Positions 11,201 through 24,900 of a DNA stretch of 64,000 bases are shown piece by piece. Position 1 is the first letter of the stretch; each line of letters starts with the position of its first letter. The translations under genes were made by a program, and so were the position numbers. The notes under the pieces are model-generated. The model was not told the origin of the DNA. It did not search any database and saw nothing but the letters and a program-made list of their open reading frames with translations. Origin of the DNA: Squalus acanthias (taxonomy: Eukaryota); NCBI GenBank assembly GCA_030390025.1, contig CM059431.1, forward strand, positions 146,508,001 to 146,572,000. Reading direction: 5' to 3'.

Positions 11201-14200
11201 AGTTTCAGACCTCCACTGTTTCTAGCTTTGGACCTCCACTGTTTCTAGCTTTGGACCTTCACTGTTTCTAGCTTTGGAACTCCACTCTTTCTAGGTTTGG
11301 ACCTCCAATCTTTCTAGCTTTGGAGCTCCACTGTTTCTAGCTTATGTCCACTACTGTTTCTAGCTTTGGATCTCCACTGTTTCTAGCTTTGGACCTCCAC
11401 TGTTTCTAACTTTGGACCTCCACAGTTTCTAGCTTAGGACCTCCACTGTTTCTAGCTTTGGACCTTCACAGTTTCTAGCTTTGGACCTTCACTCTTTCTA
11501 GCTTTGGACCTTCACAATTTCTAGCTTTGGACCTCCACTCTTTCTACCTTTGGACCTTCACAGTTGCTCGCTTTGGACCTTCACAGTTTCTAGCTTTGAT
11601 CCTCCACTTTTTCTAGCTTTGGAACTTCACAATTTCTAGCTTTGGACCTCCACTGTTTCTTGCTTTAGACCGTCACAGTTTCTAGCTTTGGACCTTCACA
11701 GTTTCTAGCTTTGGACCTTCAAACTTTCTAGGTTTGGAACTCCACTGTTTCTAGCTTTGGACCTCCAATCTATCTAGCTTTAGAGCTCCACTGTTTCTAG
11801 CTTATGTCCAGTACTTTTTCTAGCTTTGGATCTCCACTGTTTCTAGCTTTGGATCTCCACTGTTTCTAGCTTTGGAACTTCAGTCTTTCCAGCTTTGGAC
11901 CTCCACTGTTGCTAGATTTGGACCTTCACTGTTTCTAGCTTTGGATCTCCACTGTTTCTAGCTTTGGATCTACACTCTTTCTAGGTTTGGACATTCAATC
12001 TTTCTAGCTTTGGAACTCCACTGTTTCTAGCTTTGGACCTTCACTGTTTCTAGCATTGGATCTCCACTTTTTCTAGCATTGGACATTCACTCTTTCTAGC
12101 TTTGGATCTCCACTGTTTCTAGCTTCGGACCTTCACTCTTTCTAGCTTTGGAACTTCACTGTTTCTAGCATAGGACCTCCACTGTTTCTAGCTTTGGATC
12201 TCTTCTCTTTCCAGATTTGGATCTTCACTCTATCTAGCTTTGGACCTTAAACTGTTTCTAGCTTTGGATCTTCACTGTTTCTAGCTTTGGACCTTCACAG
12301 ATTCTCGCTTTGGACCTCCACTGTTTCAGGCTTTGGACCTTCACGGTTTCTAGCTTTGGATCTTCACATTTTCTAGCTTTGGACCTCCACTGTTTCTAGC
12401 TTTGGACCTCCACTATTTCTAGCTTTGGACCACCACTGTTTCTAGCGTTGGACCTTCACAGTTTCTATCTTTGGACCTTCACTGTTTCTAGCTTTGGACC
12501 TCCACTGTTTCTAGCTTTGGACCTTCACTGTTTCTAGCTTTGGACCTTCACAGTTTCTAGCTTTGGACCTTCACAGTTTCTAGTTTTTGACCTCCACTGT
12601 TTATAGCTTTGGACCTTCACTGTTTCTAGCTTTGGATCTTCACAGTTTCTAGCTTTGGACCTCCACTGTTTCTAGATTTGGACCTTCACTGTTTCTAACT
12701 TTGGACCTTCACATTTTCTAGCTTTGGACCTCCACTGTTTCTTGCTTTGGACCTCCACTGTTTCAAGCTTTGGACCTTCACTCTTTCTAGCTTTGGATCT
12801 TCACTGTTTCTAGCTTTGGACCTCCACTGTTTCTAACTTTGGACCTTCACAGTTTCTAGATTTGGACCTCCACAGTTTCTAGCTTAGGACCTCCACTGTT
12901 TCTAGCTTTGGACCTTTACTCTTTCTAGCTTTGGACCTCCACTGTTTCTAGCTTTGGACCTCCAAAGTTTCTAACTTTGGACCTCCACTGTTTCTAGCTT
13001 TGGACCACCACTGTTTCTAGCGTTGGACCTTCACAGTTTCTATCTTTGGACCTTCACTGTTTCTAGCTTTGGACTTCCACTGTTTATAGCTTTGGACCTT
13101 CATTGTTTCTAGCTTTGGACCTTCACAGTTTCTAGCTTTGGACCTTCACAGTTTGTAGTTTTTGACCTCCACAGTTTCTAGTTTTTGACCTCCACTGTTT
13201 CTAGCTTTGGACCTTCAATGTTTCTAGCTTTGGATCTTCACAGTTTCTAGCTTTGGACCTCCACTGTTTCTAGATTTGGACATTCACTTTTTCTAGCTTT
13301 GGATCTTCACATTTTCCAGCTTTGGACCTCCACTGTTTCTTGCTTTGGACCTCCACTGTTTTTAGCTTTGGACCTTCACTCTTTCTAGCTTTGGATCTTC
13401 ACTGTTTCTAGCTTTGGACCTCCACTGTTTCTAGCTTCGGACCTCCACTGTTTCTAGCTTTGGACCTCCACTGTTTCTAGCTTTGGACCACCAAAGTTTC
13501 TAGCTTTGGACCTCCACTGTTTCTAGCTTTGGACCTCCACTGTTTCTAGCTTTGGAACTCCACTGTTTCTAGCTTTGGACCTTCACTGTTTCTAGCTTTG
13601 GACCTTCACTGTTTCTAGCTTTGGACCTCCACTGTTTCTAGCTTTGGACCTTCACTCTTTCTAGCTTTGTACCTCCATTGTTTCTAGCTTTGCACCTTCA
13701 CTGTTTCTAGCTTTGGACCTTCACAGTTTCTAGCTTTGGACCTTCACTCTTTCTAGCTTTGGACCTTCACAATTTCTAGCTTTGGATCTCCACTGTTTCT
13801 AGCTTTGGACCTTCACTCTTTCTAGCTTTGGACCTTCACTGTTTCTACCTTTGAACCTCCACTGTTTGTAGCTTTGGATCTCTTCTCTTTCCAGATTTGG
13901 ATCTTCACTCTATCTAGCTTTGGACCTTCACAGTTTCTAGTTTTTGACCACCACTGTTTCTAGCTTTGGACCTTCACTGTTTCTAGCTTTGGATCTTCAC
14001 AGTTTCTAGCTTTGGACCTCCACTGTTTCTAGATTTGGACATTCACTTTTTCTAGCTTTGGACCTTCACATTTTCTAGCTTTGGACCTCCACTGTTTCTT
14101 GCTTTGGACCTCCACTGTTACTAGCTTTGGACCTTCACTCTTTCTAGCTTTGGATCTTCACTGTTTCTAGCTTTGGACCTCCACTGTTTCTAGCTTCGGA

Positions 14201-15160
14201 CCTCCACTGTTTCTAGCTTTGGACCACCAAAGTTTCTAGCTTTGGACCTCCACTGTTTCTAGCTTTGGCCCTCCACTGTTTCTAGCTTTGGACCTCCACT
14301 GTTTCTAGCTTTGGAACTCCACTGTTTCTAGCTTTGGACCTTCACTGTTTCTAGCTTTGGACCTTCACTGTTTCTAGCTTTGGACCTCCACTGTTTCTAG
14401 CTTTGGACCTTCACTCTTTCTAGCTTTGTACCTCCATTGTTTCTCGCTTTGCACCTTCACTGTTTCTAGCTTTGGACCTTCACAGTTTCTAGCTTTGGAC
14501 CTTCACTCTTTCTAGCTTTGGACCTTCACAATTTCTAGCTTTGGACCCCCACTCTTTCTACCTTTGGACCTTCACAGTTGCTCGCTTTGGACCTTCACAG
14601 TTTCTAGCTTTGATCCTCCACTTTTTCTAACTTTGGAACTTCACAAATTCTAGCTTTGGACCTCCACTGTTTCTTGCTTTAGACCGTCACAGTTTCTAGC
14701 TTTGGACCTTCACAGTTTCTAGCTTTGGACCTTCAAAGTTTCTAGGTTTGGAACTCCACTGTTTCTAGCTTTGGACCTCCAATCTTTCTAGCTTTGGACC
14801 TTCACAGTTTCTAGCTTTGTCCCTTCGCAGTATCTAGCTTTGGACCTCCACTCTTTCCAGCTTTGGACCTTCACTGTTTTTAGCTTTGGACCTTCACTCT
14901 TTCTAGCTTTGGACCTTCACTCTTTCTAGCTTTGGACCTGCACAGTTTCTAGCTTTGGACCTTCACTCTTTCTAGCTTTGGACCTTCACTGTTTCTAGCT
15001 TTGGACCTCCACTATTTCTCGCTTTGGATCGCCACGGTTTCTTGCTATGGACCTCTATTGTTGCTAGCTTTGCACCTCCAGTGTTTTTAGCATTGGACCT
15101 CCACTGTTTGTAGCATTGGTACGCCACTCTTTCTAACTTTGGACATCCACTATTTCTACC
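11181..15160. repeat. 23-bp minisatellite (tttggacctccactgtttctagc), about 170 copies
   Basis: Directly visible tandem array with point variants and higher-order blocks. Confidence 0.97.
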
Positions 15161-15302
15161 ATCAGACCTTTATGTTACTAATCGAGCCAAAGAATCTTAA
15201 ACTGGAAAGTTTTCCCCTTGAATTACCCGGAATCTACCAAAATCAAATTGTTTCTTTTGTTTTACAGCTGATTTAAAACATTAGGATATTTTCTGCTGCA
15301 AT

Positions 15303-16235
15303 ATGGTGTTCCTAATGACGTACTACAAATGTTCATTTGTTTGTGTGACCCTTTTGCTGATATATATATTACTCGGATATTTAAGCCGCAACATTTCTGC
15401 CTATTGGCATTACCCAGATTTAAATGACGGCTCCTTCTTAATGCGACCCGACAGCAGGTGTAACGTCGGTCCCCCATTCCTGGTCCTTCTTGTCACCAGT
15501 GCCCAGGACCAGTTCGAAGCTCGCTCGGCCATTCGCCAGACCTGGAGCAGAGAGCGGACATCACATGGCAAGAGGGTAGTGACCTACTTCCTGCTCGGGT
15601 ACAGCCGGGAGCATCAGAAGCATCTGCTAGATGAAGGTTTACTGCACAAAGACATCATACAGAAAGAGTTCAGCGACACTTGCTACAACCTGACCACCAA
15701 GGTGCTGATGGGCCTGGAATGGGTGAGCCGATTTTGTCCATCCGCCTCCTTTGTGATGAAAACCGATTCAGACATGTTTGTCAACGCTGATTATCTGAGA
15801 AAGCTCCTCCTGTCACGAACCACTCACAGGAATATCTTCACCGGCTACATACAGAGAAATGCAAGACCCAACAGGGACAAATCTAGTAAATGGTAGGTGA
15901 GTGAACAGGAATACCCTCTGGAAACGTATCCGCCATTCTGCTCTGGCACTGGGTACGTGCTGTCGACCGATGTCGCCTGACGAGTTTGGACCGTTTCGAA
16001 TACCGTCCCCAGATTGAAACTCGAGGACGTTTTCGTCGCTCTCTGCGTGGCTAAGTTGAAGATAGCGCCGGTGGAAATCCACTCGCGGCAAGCATTCTAC
16101 AATTCAAAGGTCCCGTTTTCTATTTGCGACTTTCGGAAACTCGTGACCTCTCACGGGGTGAAACCCTCCGAGATGCTGAGCTACTGGAAAGCACTGACAG
16201 ATGCGACAACTGAGGACTGCCCTGGAGATACGTGA
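15303..16235 (+). pseudogene. b3galt5: Beta-1,3-galactosyltransferase (GT31, B3GALT5-like), single coding exon with two in-frame stops
   Basis: N-terminal TM helix, PFLVLLVTS, ARSAIRQTW, YNLTTK, KTDSDMFVN (DxD), YPPFCSGTGY, LEDVF; 310 codons in one frame with TAG 15894-15896 and TGA 15978-15980; splice acceptor ttttgttttacag near 15268. Confidence 0.88.
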
Positions 16236-17954
16236 AGGAGGCCATCGTGAAGAGGCTTGTCATTTGCCCCTCCAAATGTCACTTGCACAAATCCCTTTAT
16301 TGTACTGCATCATTACACCCATACCTGATAACATAACTGCTGCTGGTGGTGTGCAGGCATAATACTCACTGCCCCTCCAAAATAATCTGTGTCAAGTGCT
16401 TTAGGATGATTCTGGGAGATCCGACAAGGTGTGAGGTTTATCTGTCCTTTATTGGAATTTGTGCATCTCTATTCATTTCCTCCATTCTCTTCACATTTAT
16501 TAAGGATACCTCCTGTATGAACAGGCCATGATGTAATTGCACGCTCCTTCCAGTGGTGTTGCTGTAGTGCCTCAGTTTGAACACCCCAGCTCCTCCGCCT
16601 GTACCACACAGAAGCCAAATCCACATCTCCGCTTCCCAAACTGCAATTTACCTGGATTTCTGACCACAAATAATAATATAATATCAAGATATGTAAAAAT
16701 TTATATTTTTAAGATAATTAGCGATTGAATCAGAGGGAAGATGAGGTTAATTTGTCTCTCGCAGCGAGTTGCTATGATCTGGAATGCAGTGCTTTGAAAG
16801 GGTGGTAGAAGCAGTTTCAACAGTAACTTTGAAAAGGGAATTGAATGAATACTTGAAGGGGAAAATGTGCAGGGCTTTGGGGAAGGAGCAGAGGAGTGGG
16901 ACTAAATGGCGGCTCTTTCACAGAGCCGGCACAGGAACGAATCTTTTGATGAACCAATCAAATTAATCAAAGAGCTCTTAAAAATAATGCCTGCCTTTTT
17001 TCAGTATCTGAAATGTCTGATCTTCAAAATAAGGTTCAAAATAAAAAATAAAAACTTCATTTCAGAATCAACAGCATTAAATCTTTTGATTGCATTGTTT
17101 TTAATATTTATTTTATTGCCTTGCATGAAGGATAAACTTCAAAGCCTCAGCATGTCTCAAAAACCTGGGTTTACATTAATATATTTTAATCTCGGAATAG
17201 ATGAATAAACCTTTCAAAGACACATGTACATTCTGAGTTGTTCGAATTTCTGGATCCCAGACAGCCACTTTTCATATTTGCCCCAACTACCTAACTCTGT
17301 TCACAAACCTTTAGGCCACATCCCCAGTGCTCCCTGATCCCAGGTCTGGCCCCACTGCTCTAACACCCTGAGATCCCCAATCATTTTCCCAGGGTCCTAA
17401 CACTAATGCTAAACCGAGAGACATCAAGGTACACAGAAATACATCGATATTATAACACGGAAACAATCCATTCCGCCCAACCAGTCAATGTCTTTCTTTA
17501 TCCGCTACACAAGCAAATAGCTCCAATCATATTGACCCGCCCTGTTCAAACTCTTCTGCGAATGTCAAGGTAATTGACAAAAGAACCAGACGCGACATGA
17601 GGAAACAATTGTTTGCACAGCGAGTAGTTGTTATCGGGCCTGCAATACCTGAAAGTATAGTTGGGGCAGATTGAATTGTAATTTGCAAAGGAGAATTGGA
17701 AACGGCGATGACTGCTGCTGTAAAATCCTTCCCACGGGATGGTTTGAAAAAAATGAAATTTTATTCTGCACCGTTCCTGCATAACTAATTTATGGGAAAG
17801 GGGAGTCTCTCGCTTTATTTCCCATTAATCAGAGTCTACAAATATTTCAGGTGTAACTTCCTCGACCGTTTTTGCTGAGGTTACAGAAGTTCCCTCCCCG
17901 AGCGTGGCCTCACACACATAGGGAGGATTATCGCAAATTCCCGGATTCATTACC

Positions 17955-20900
17955 TCATAGCCATAGTCATAGAGACACAGATTTATACAGCACAGAAAGA
18001 GGCCCTTCGGCCCATCGTGTCCGCGCCGGCCATCAAGCCCTATCTAATCTAATCCCATTTTCCAGCACTTGGTCCGTAGCCTTGTAGGCTATGGCGTTTC
18101 AAGTGCTCATCTAAATGCTTCTTGAATGTTGTGATGGTTCCTGCCTCTACCACCCTTTTAGGCAGTGAGGTCCAGATTCCAACCACCCTCTGGGTGAAAT
18201 TTTTTTTCCTCAATTCCCCTCTAAAGCTCCAGCCCTTTACCTTGAAACTATGCACCCTGGTTATTGACCACTCTAGTAATGGGAAAAGTTCCTTTCTATC
18301 TACCCTATCTATGCCCCCCATAATTTTGTACACCTCAATCAGGTCCCCCCTAAGCCTTCTCTTCTCTAAGGAAAACAACCCCAGCCTGTCCAGTCTCTCT
18401 TCAAAGCTGAAGCGCTCCAGCCCAGGTAACATCATGGTGAATCTCCGCTGCATCCTCTCCAATGCAATCACATCCTTCCTATAGTGTGGCGACCAGAACT
18501 GCACACAGTATTCTAGCTGTGGCCTAACTAGCGTTTGGTACAGCTCCATCATAAACTCCCTGCTCTTATATTCTATGACTCAGCTAATGAAGGCAAGTAT
18601 CCCATATGCCTTTTTAACCACCTTATCCACCTGTCCCGGTGCCTTCAGCGATCTATATACATGCACACCAAGGTCCCTCTGATCCTCTGTCCTTCCTTTG
18701 GTCCTAACATTCATTGTGTATTCCCTTGCCTTGTTAGTCCTCCTAAAATGCATCACCTCACACTTTTCAGGGTTAAATTCCATTTGCCACTGTTCTGCCC
18801 GTCTGACCAAACCGTCTATCTCGTCCTGTAGCCTGAGGCTTCCCTCCTCGCTATTTTCCACCCCACCAATTTTCGTGTCATCTGCGAACTTACTGATCAT
18901 ACCTCCTACATTCATATCTAAATCATGAATATACACTACAAACAGCAAAGGACCCAGCAGCGATCCCTGCGGTACACCACTGGACACAGACTTCCAGTCA
19001 CAAAAACAACCATCGACCATCACCCTCTGACTCCTGCCACTAAGCCAATTTTGGATCCAATGTTCCAAATTGCCCTGAATAACAAGGGCTCTTACCTTCT
19101 TGACCAGTCTCCCATGCGGGACTTTGTCAAAAGCCTTACTGGAGTCCATGTAGACTACATCAACTGCACTACCCTCATCCACATACCTAGTCACCCCATC
19201 GAAACATTCAATCAAATTGGTAAGACATGATCTCCCCCTGACAAAACCATGCTGACTATGCTTAATTAATCCTTGCCTCTCCAAGTGGAGACAAATTCTG
19301 TCCCTCAGAATTTTTTCCAATAACTTCCCTACCACTGATATCAGGCTCACTGGCCTGTAATTCCCTGGTTTATCCCTACTACCTTTCTTGAATAATGGTA
19401 CTACGTTAGATATCCTCCAGTCATCTGGCTCTTCCCCTGTGGCCAGAAAGGTTCTAAAAATCTGTGCCAGAGCCCCTGCAATCTCCTCCCAAGCCACACA
19501 CAGCAGCCTGGGATACATCTCGTCTGGGCCTGGTGATTTTTTCCAATTTAAAGCCTGCTAAAAGTGCGAGTGCCCCCTCCCTCTGAATAATAATTTGTTC
19601 AAGTATATCACAATCCCCCTGCCTGATTTCTATGCCTACATCGTCCCTCTCCATAGTGAACACAGATGCAAAATATTCAGTTAAAACCTCACCCACATCT
19701 TCCGGCTCTACACACAGATTGCCACTTGGGTCCCTATTGGGCCCTACTCTTTCCCTGGTTATCCTCTTGCCCTTAATATACTTATAAAACACCTTGGGAT
19801 TTTCCTTTATTTTGCCCGCCAGTGTTATTTCATGCCCCCTTTTCGCTCTCCTAATTTATTTTTTAAGTAACCCCCTGCACTTTCTATACTCCTCTAGGGC
19901 TTCCACTGTTTTCAGTCGTTTGTATCTGCCAAAAGCCTCCCTTTTATTCCTAATTCATTCTTGTATAACCTTTGACGTCCAGGGTTCCCTGGGCTTGTTG
20001 GTCCCACCCTTGACCTTTACGGGAACATGTTGCCGTTGTACTCTCTCTATTTCCTTTCCGAAAGACGCCCACTGCTCTGATGTGGACTTTCTTACACGTA
20101 GCTGATCCCAATCCATTTTATCCAGATCCTGCCTTATCATATTAAAATCGTCCTTCCCCCAATTTAGAACCTTTATTTCCGGTCCATCTTTGTCCTATTC
20201 CATGACTACCTTGAATCTCACCGAATTATGGTCACTGTTACCAAAATGCTCTCCAACTGACACTTCTATCACTTTTCCGGCTACATTCCCTAGAATTAGG
20301 TCCAGTACCAACCCCTCTCTTGTACGACTTTCTACGTGCTGGCTCAAAAAGCTCTCCGGGATGCTCTTTAAGAATTCTGCACCCTCTAAGCCTTTCACAT
20401 TCTGACTATCACAGTTAATATTGGGGAATTTCAAATCCCCTACTATTATTACGCAAATATTTCTACACTTCTCTGAGATTTGCCTACATATCTGTTCCTC
20501 TATCTCCCCCTGACTGTTTGGGGGCCTATAGTACACTCCCAGCAAAGTGCTTGCCCCCTTTTTGTTTTTAGGTTCTGCCCATATGGCCTCATTAGAGGAA
20601 CCTGCTGAGATATCATCCCTCCTTACAGCAGTAATTGACTCCTTGATTAATATTGCGACACCCCCTCCTCTTTTACACCCCCCTCTGTTTCGCCTGAAGA
20701 TTCCATACACCGGAATATTGAGCTGCCAGTCCTGCCCCTCCCTCAACCACGTCTCTGAGATAGCAACATTATCATTCTCCCATGTGTTCATCAACATCTT
20801 CAATTCATCTGCCTTACTCGCAAGACTCCTTGCATTAAAATAAATGCCATCCAGCCTTGCCATACTCGCTTGTGCCGTTACATTTTTGCTCTGCCTTCCA

Positions 20901-21838
20901 GGCTGACTTGTTTTTTCCTCTACATTTGGCTGTGCATCACCCCCGACTGTAGCTCCACTCCGTTTCCATCCCCCTGCCAAGTTAGTTTAACCACCCCCCC
21001 AAAAAAAACCAGTACTAGCAAACCTTCCCGCAAGGATGTTGGTCCTGCTCCGGTTCAGGTGCAACCCTTCCGATTTGTACAGGTCCCATCTTCCCCAGAA
21101 GCAGACCCAGTGATCCAGGAATCTGAAGCCTCCCTCCTGCACCAACTCTTTAGCCACGCATTCATCTGCTCTATCCTCCTATTCCTATACTCACTAGCAC
21201 GTGGCACCGGGAGTAATCCAATAATATAACCTTTGAGGTCCTACATTTTAATGTGCTACCTAGCTCCCTTAATTCTTTTTGTAGGACCTCATCCCTCTGT
21301 CTACCCATGTCGTTGGTACCAATGTGAACCACGACCTCTAAATGTTCGCCCTCCCCCTTCGGAATGTCCTGCAGCCGTTCAGTGACATCCTTGACCCTGG
21401 CACCAAGGAAGCAACATGCCATCCGGGAGTCACGTCTGCGGCCACAGAAACGTCTATCTGTTCCCCTTACTATAGAATCCCCTATCACTATTGCTCTCCC
21501 ACTCTTTTTCCTCCCCTCCTGTGCAGCTGAGCCACTCGTTGTGCCACGGTCTTGGCTCTTGCTGCATTCTCCTGAGAAACCATCTCCCCCATCAGTATCC
21601 AAAATGGAAAATCTGCCGGAGAGGGAGATGGACCCAGGGGACTCCTGCACTACTTTCCTAGTTCATTTACTCTGTCTGGCGGTCACCCATTCCCTGTCAG
21701 CCTGTGAACTCTTTACCTGCGATGTGACCACCTCGTTAAACCTGCTATCCACAAAGATCTCAGCTTCGTGGATGCTCCACAGTGACTGCAGCCGCAGCTC
21801 CAGCTCCGAAACGCGGATTTCGAGTAGCTGCAGCTGGC
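17955..21838 (-). mobile_element. Near full-length CR1 LINE (ORF1 SGNH esterase, APE endonuclease, RT), frameshifted
   Basis: IVIGDSIVR/HIGTND; YFNARSL, ISETWL, GVYYRPP, SDHN; KAFDKVPH, VPQGSLLGP, KFADDTK; RPQLEYCVQFWSP. Confidence 0.95.
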
Positions 21839-21989
21839 TAAAGATGTTTGGGCCTAGGACACCGCCCTGAGGAACTCCTGCAGCGTTGTCCTGGGGCTTT
21901 GATGATTGATCTTCAACCACCACAACCAACGGTTGTGAAACGGTGTAGGAAAGACAGCATCAGGTCAAAAGTTCAGCTTAGCCTCTCTT

Positions 21990-24900
21990 TCCCAAATAAG
22001 AGTTTTATATACTAAGGTACGGGGTATGAGAAATAAATTTAGTGAATTGGAGGCTCAAATGTGTCAAATGGATCCGCGGTTGCTGATGATACAAAGCTAG
22101 GTGTGAAAGTAAGTTGTGAGGAAGGATGCAAAGATGATTCAAAAGGATAAAGACAGGTTAAGTGATTGGTAAATAACATGGCAGATGGAACATAACGTGG
22201 AAAAATGTGAAGTTATCCACTTTGGTAGGAAAAATAGAAAGACAGAATATTTTTAAGTGTTGGGAGATCGGGAAATGTTGGGATTCAGAGGGAACTGGGT
22301 GTCCCTATAAACTGAAAGTTAGCATGCAGGTGCAGCAACCAATTAGGAAATCAAATATGTTAGGTTTATTTTTTTTTAAAGTTTGGAGTATAAGAGTGAA
22401 TAATTCGTACTGCAATTATATCAGTCCTTGGTGAGACCACACCTGGAGTATTGTGTAAAGTTTTTGTCTCCTTACTTAAGGAAGGATATACTTGCCTTAG
22501 TGTGAGTGCAACGAAGGTCCAACAGACTGATTTGTTGGGATGAGGGGATTGTCCTATGAGGAGAGATTGAAGAGACTAGGCCCACATTCCCTAGAATTTA
22601 GAAGAATGAGAGGTGATCTCATTGAAACATATAACCTTATTTCAGGGCTTGACATGGTAGATGCTGCGAGAGGTTTCCACTGGCTGGGGAGTCTAGAACT
22701 AGGGAACACAGTCTCAGAATAAGGGGTCGGCAATTTAGGACTGAGATGAGGAGGAATTTCTTCACTCAGATCTTTGCGAATCTTTGAAATTCTCTACACC
22801 AGAAGACTGTGGGTGCTCAGTCGTTGAGTATATTGAAGACATAGATCAGTAGATTTTTGGATAATAACGGAATCAAGAAATATGAAGTTAGTGCGGGAGG
22901 GTGGAGTTGAGGTAGAAGATCAGCCATGTTCTTATTGAATGGCGGAGCAGGCTCGAGGGCCCGTATGGCCAACTCCTGCTCCCATTGCTTATGTTCTTAA
23001 ATACAGCTTTGAGGGCACTAATCGTGGTTATTGCTGGGACATGCTGTAATCTGGTCATGATTGGGAGATACGTATTCGAGGGTATCTATTCTGTAGAAAG
23101 GATAGGGAATCTGTAAGAGGAGGAGGGATAGCCTTAATGATGAAAGGTATATTACAGCATTAGTAAGAGAGGATTCAGGTAAGGGAAAATAATCAGCTGA
23201 GACTCTGTGGTTGATATTGAGGAATAAGCTTGTGCTTAACGCTTTAATGGGAGTTGTCTACAGGCATCCCGATAGCAGGAATGACGATACAGAATATGTT
23301 AATTCAGAGATTAGAGAGGATTATAGCAAAAGAATGGTTGTTTTATTTTGAGACTTTAACTTTCAGATAGAATGTGAAGAGCAGAGTAGCTCAAGTCGGA
23401 AAGGTAGTGAATTTATTGAGTCCATTCAAGATAGTTTTCTGGAGCAATATGTTGAAGAACCAACAGGAGGGCAAGCCATAGTAGATTTAGTAATGAATAA
23501 TGAGCCAGTATTATTACTAATCTAACAGTAAGAGAACATTATCTAAAAGTAAGCAAAATATGATCGAATGCAATGCTAGATTCTAAAAGGAGAAACGTAA
23601 CACAATTTTAAGATTCTACTGAAAGTTGTCAGAGAGAAACCAGGTAATTATAGACCCTTTAGTCTAATATCTGTTGTAGGGAAGTTATTGGAATCTATAA
23701 TTAAAGACAGCCTGACTGAGCATTTCGACAATATCGTGCCAATTAGAGAGAGCCAACATGGATTTGTAAATGGGAGATCATGTCTAACGGACCTATTAAA
23801 ATTTTTTTGAGCAGATAACTAAAGTGGTAGTGAGGAAAATGTATATTGATATAGTTCATATGGAAACCCAGAAGGCATTCGATAGGGTTCCACATAAGAG
23901 ACTGTTCGCTCAAATTAAAGTTCATGGAGTTGAAGGCAAATTATTGACATGGTTAGGATACTGGTTAGGCAGTAGAAGAGAGAGTAGGGATAATGAATAT
24001 ATACTCGTATTGGAAGGAAGTGACTATTGGTGTCCCACAAGAATTGTGCTGGGACTTAAACAATTCACTTCATTTATTAATGTCTTCGATAAAAAAATAG
24101 AGAGACATATATCAAAGTTTGCCGATGAAACAAAGGTTGGTGGTACAGTAAGTAATGTCAACGGGAACATAATATTTCGAACAGTTATTGATAGATTAAG
24201 TTAATGGCAAAACTGTGACAGATGGACTTCAATACAGGTAAATGTGTGGATATACATCATGGACCAAAAACGATTAGATCTGAGTATTTTGAGTGGTGGA
24301 AAGATAGGAACAGTGGAGGTCCTAACAGATTTAGGGGTCCATGTACACAGATTATTAAAATGTATTAGTCAGATACAAAATAATCAAAATGGCTCATGGA
24401 ATATTAGCATTTATAAATAGAGGGCTATCAGGTAAAGGGTAGAATGTTTTGCTACAGGTGTACAAAACTCTGATGAGGCCACATCTGGAATACTGATTAC
24501 AGTTCTGGGAACCACACCTCAGAAAGGATATATTGACCTTGTAAGGATTACAGCGCAGATTCACCAGAATGTTACCAGGGCTCCAAGTGTTAGACTATTA
24601 GGACAGATTACATGAATTAATTATTTCACCCATTAACCTTCTTTATTGGAATATAGAAAGTTAATAGGTGAAATAAACTAAGTTTCTTTTTCGGATTTTG
24701 AAAGGAATAATCCGGGACAAATTTAACAGTAACTTGGAAAAGTGTGGATTAATTAAGGGGAGCCAGCACGGATATGTTAAAGGCAAATCGTGTTTAACTA
24801 ACTTGATTGAATGTTTTTGATGAGGCAAAAGACAGGCTTGATGAGGGCAATGCGGTTGATGTGGTGTACATGGACTTCCAATAGGCGCTTGATAAAGAGA

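Noticed and set aside
11181..15160. CRISPR-like periodicity
   Set aside because: Head-to-tail units with no unique spacers, no cas genes, eukaryotic context
15890..15985. Selenocysteine or readthrough rescue of the B3GALT5-like stops
   Set aside because: The first stop is TAG, and no SECIS or readthrough context was recognised
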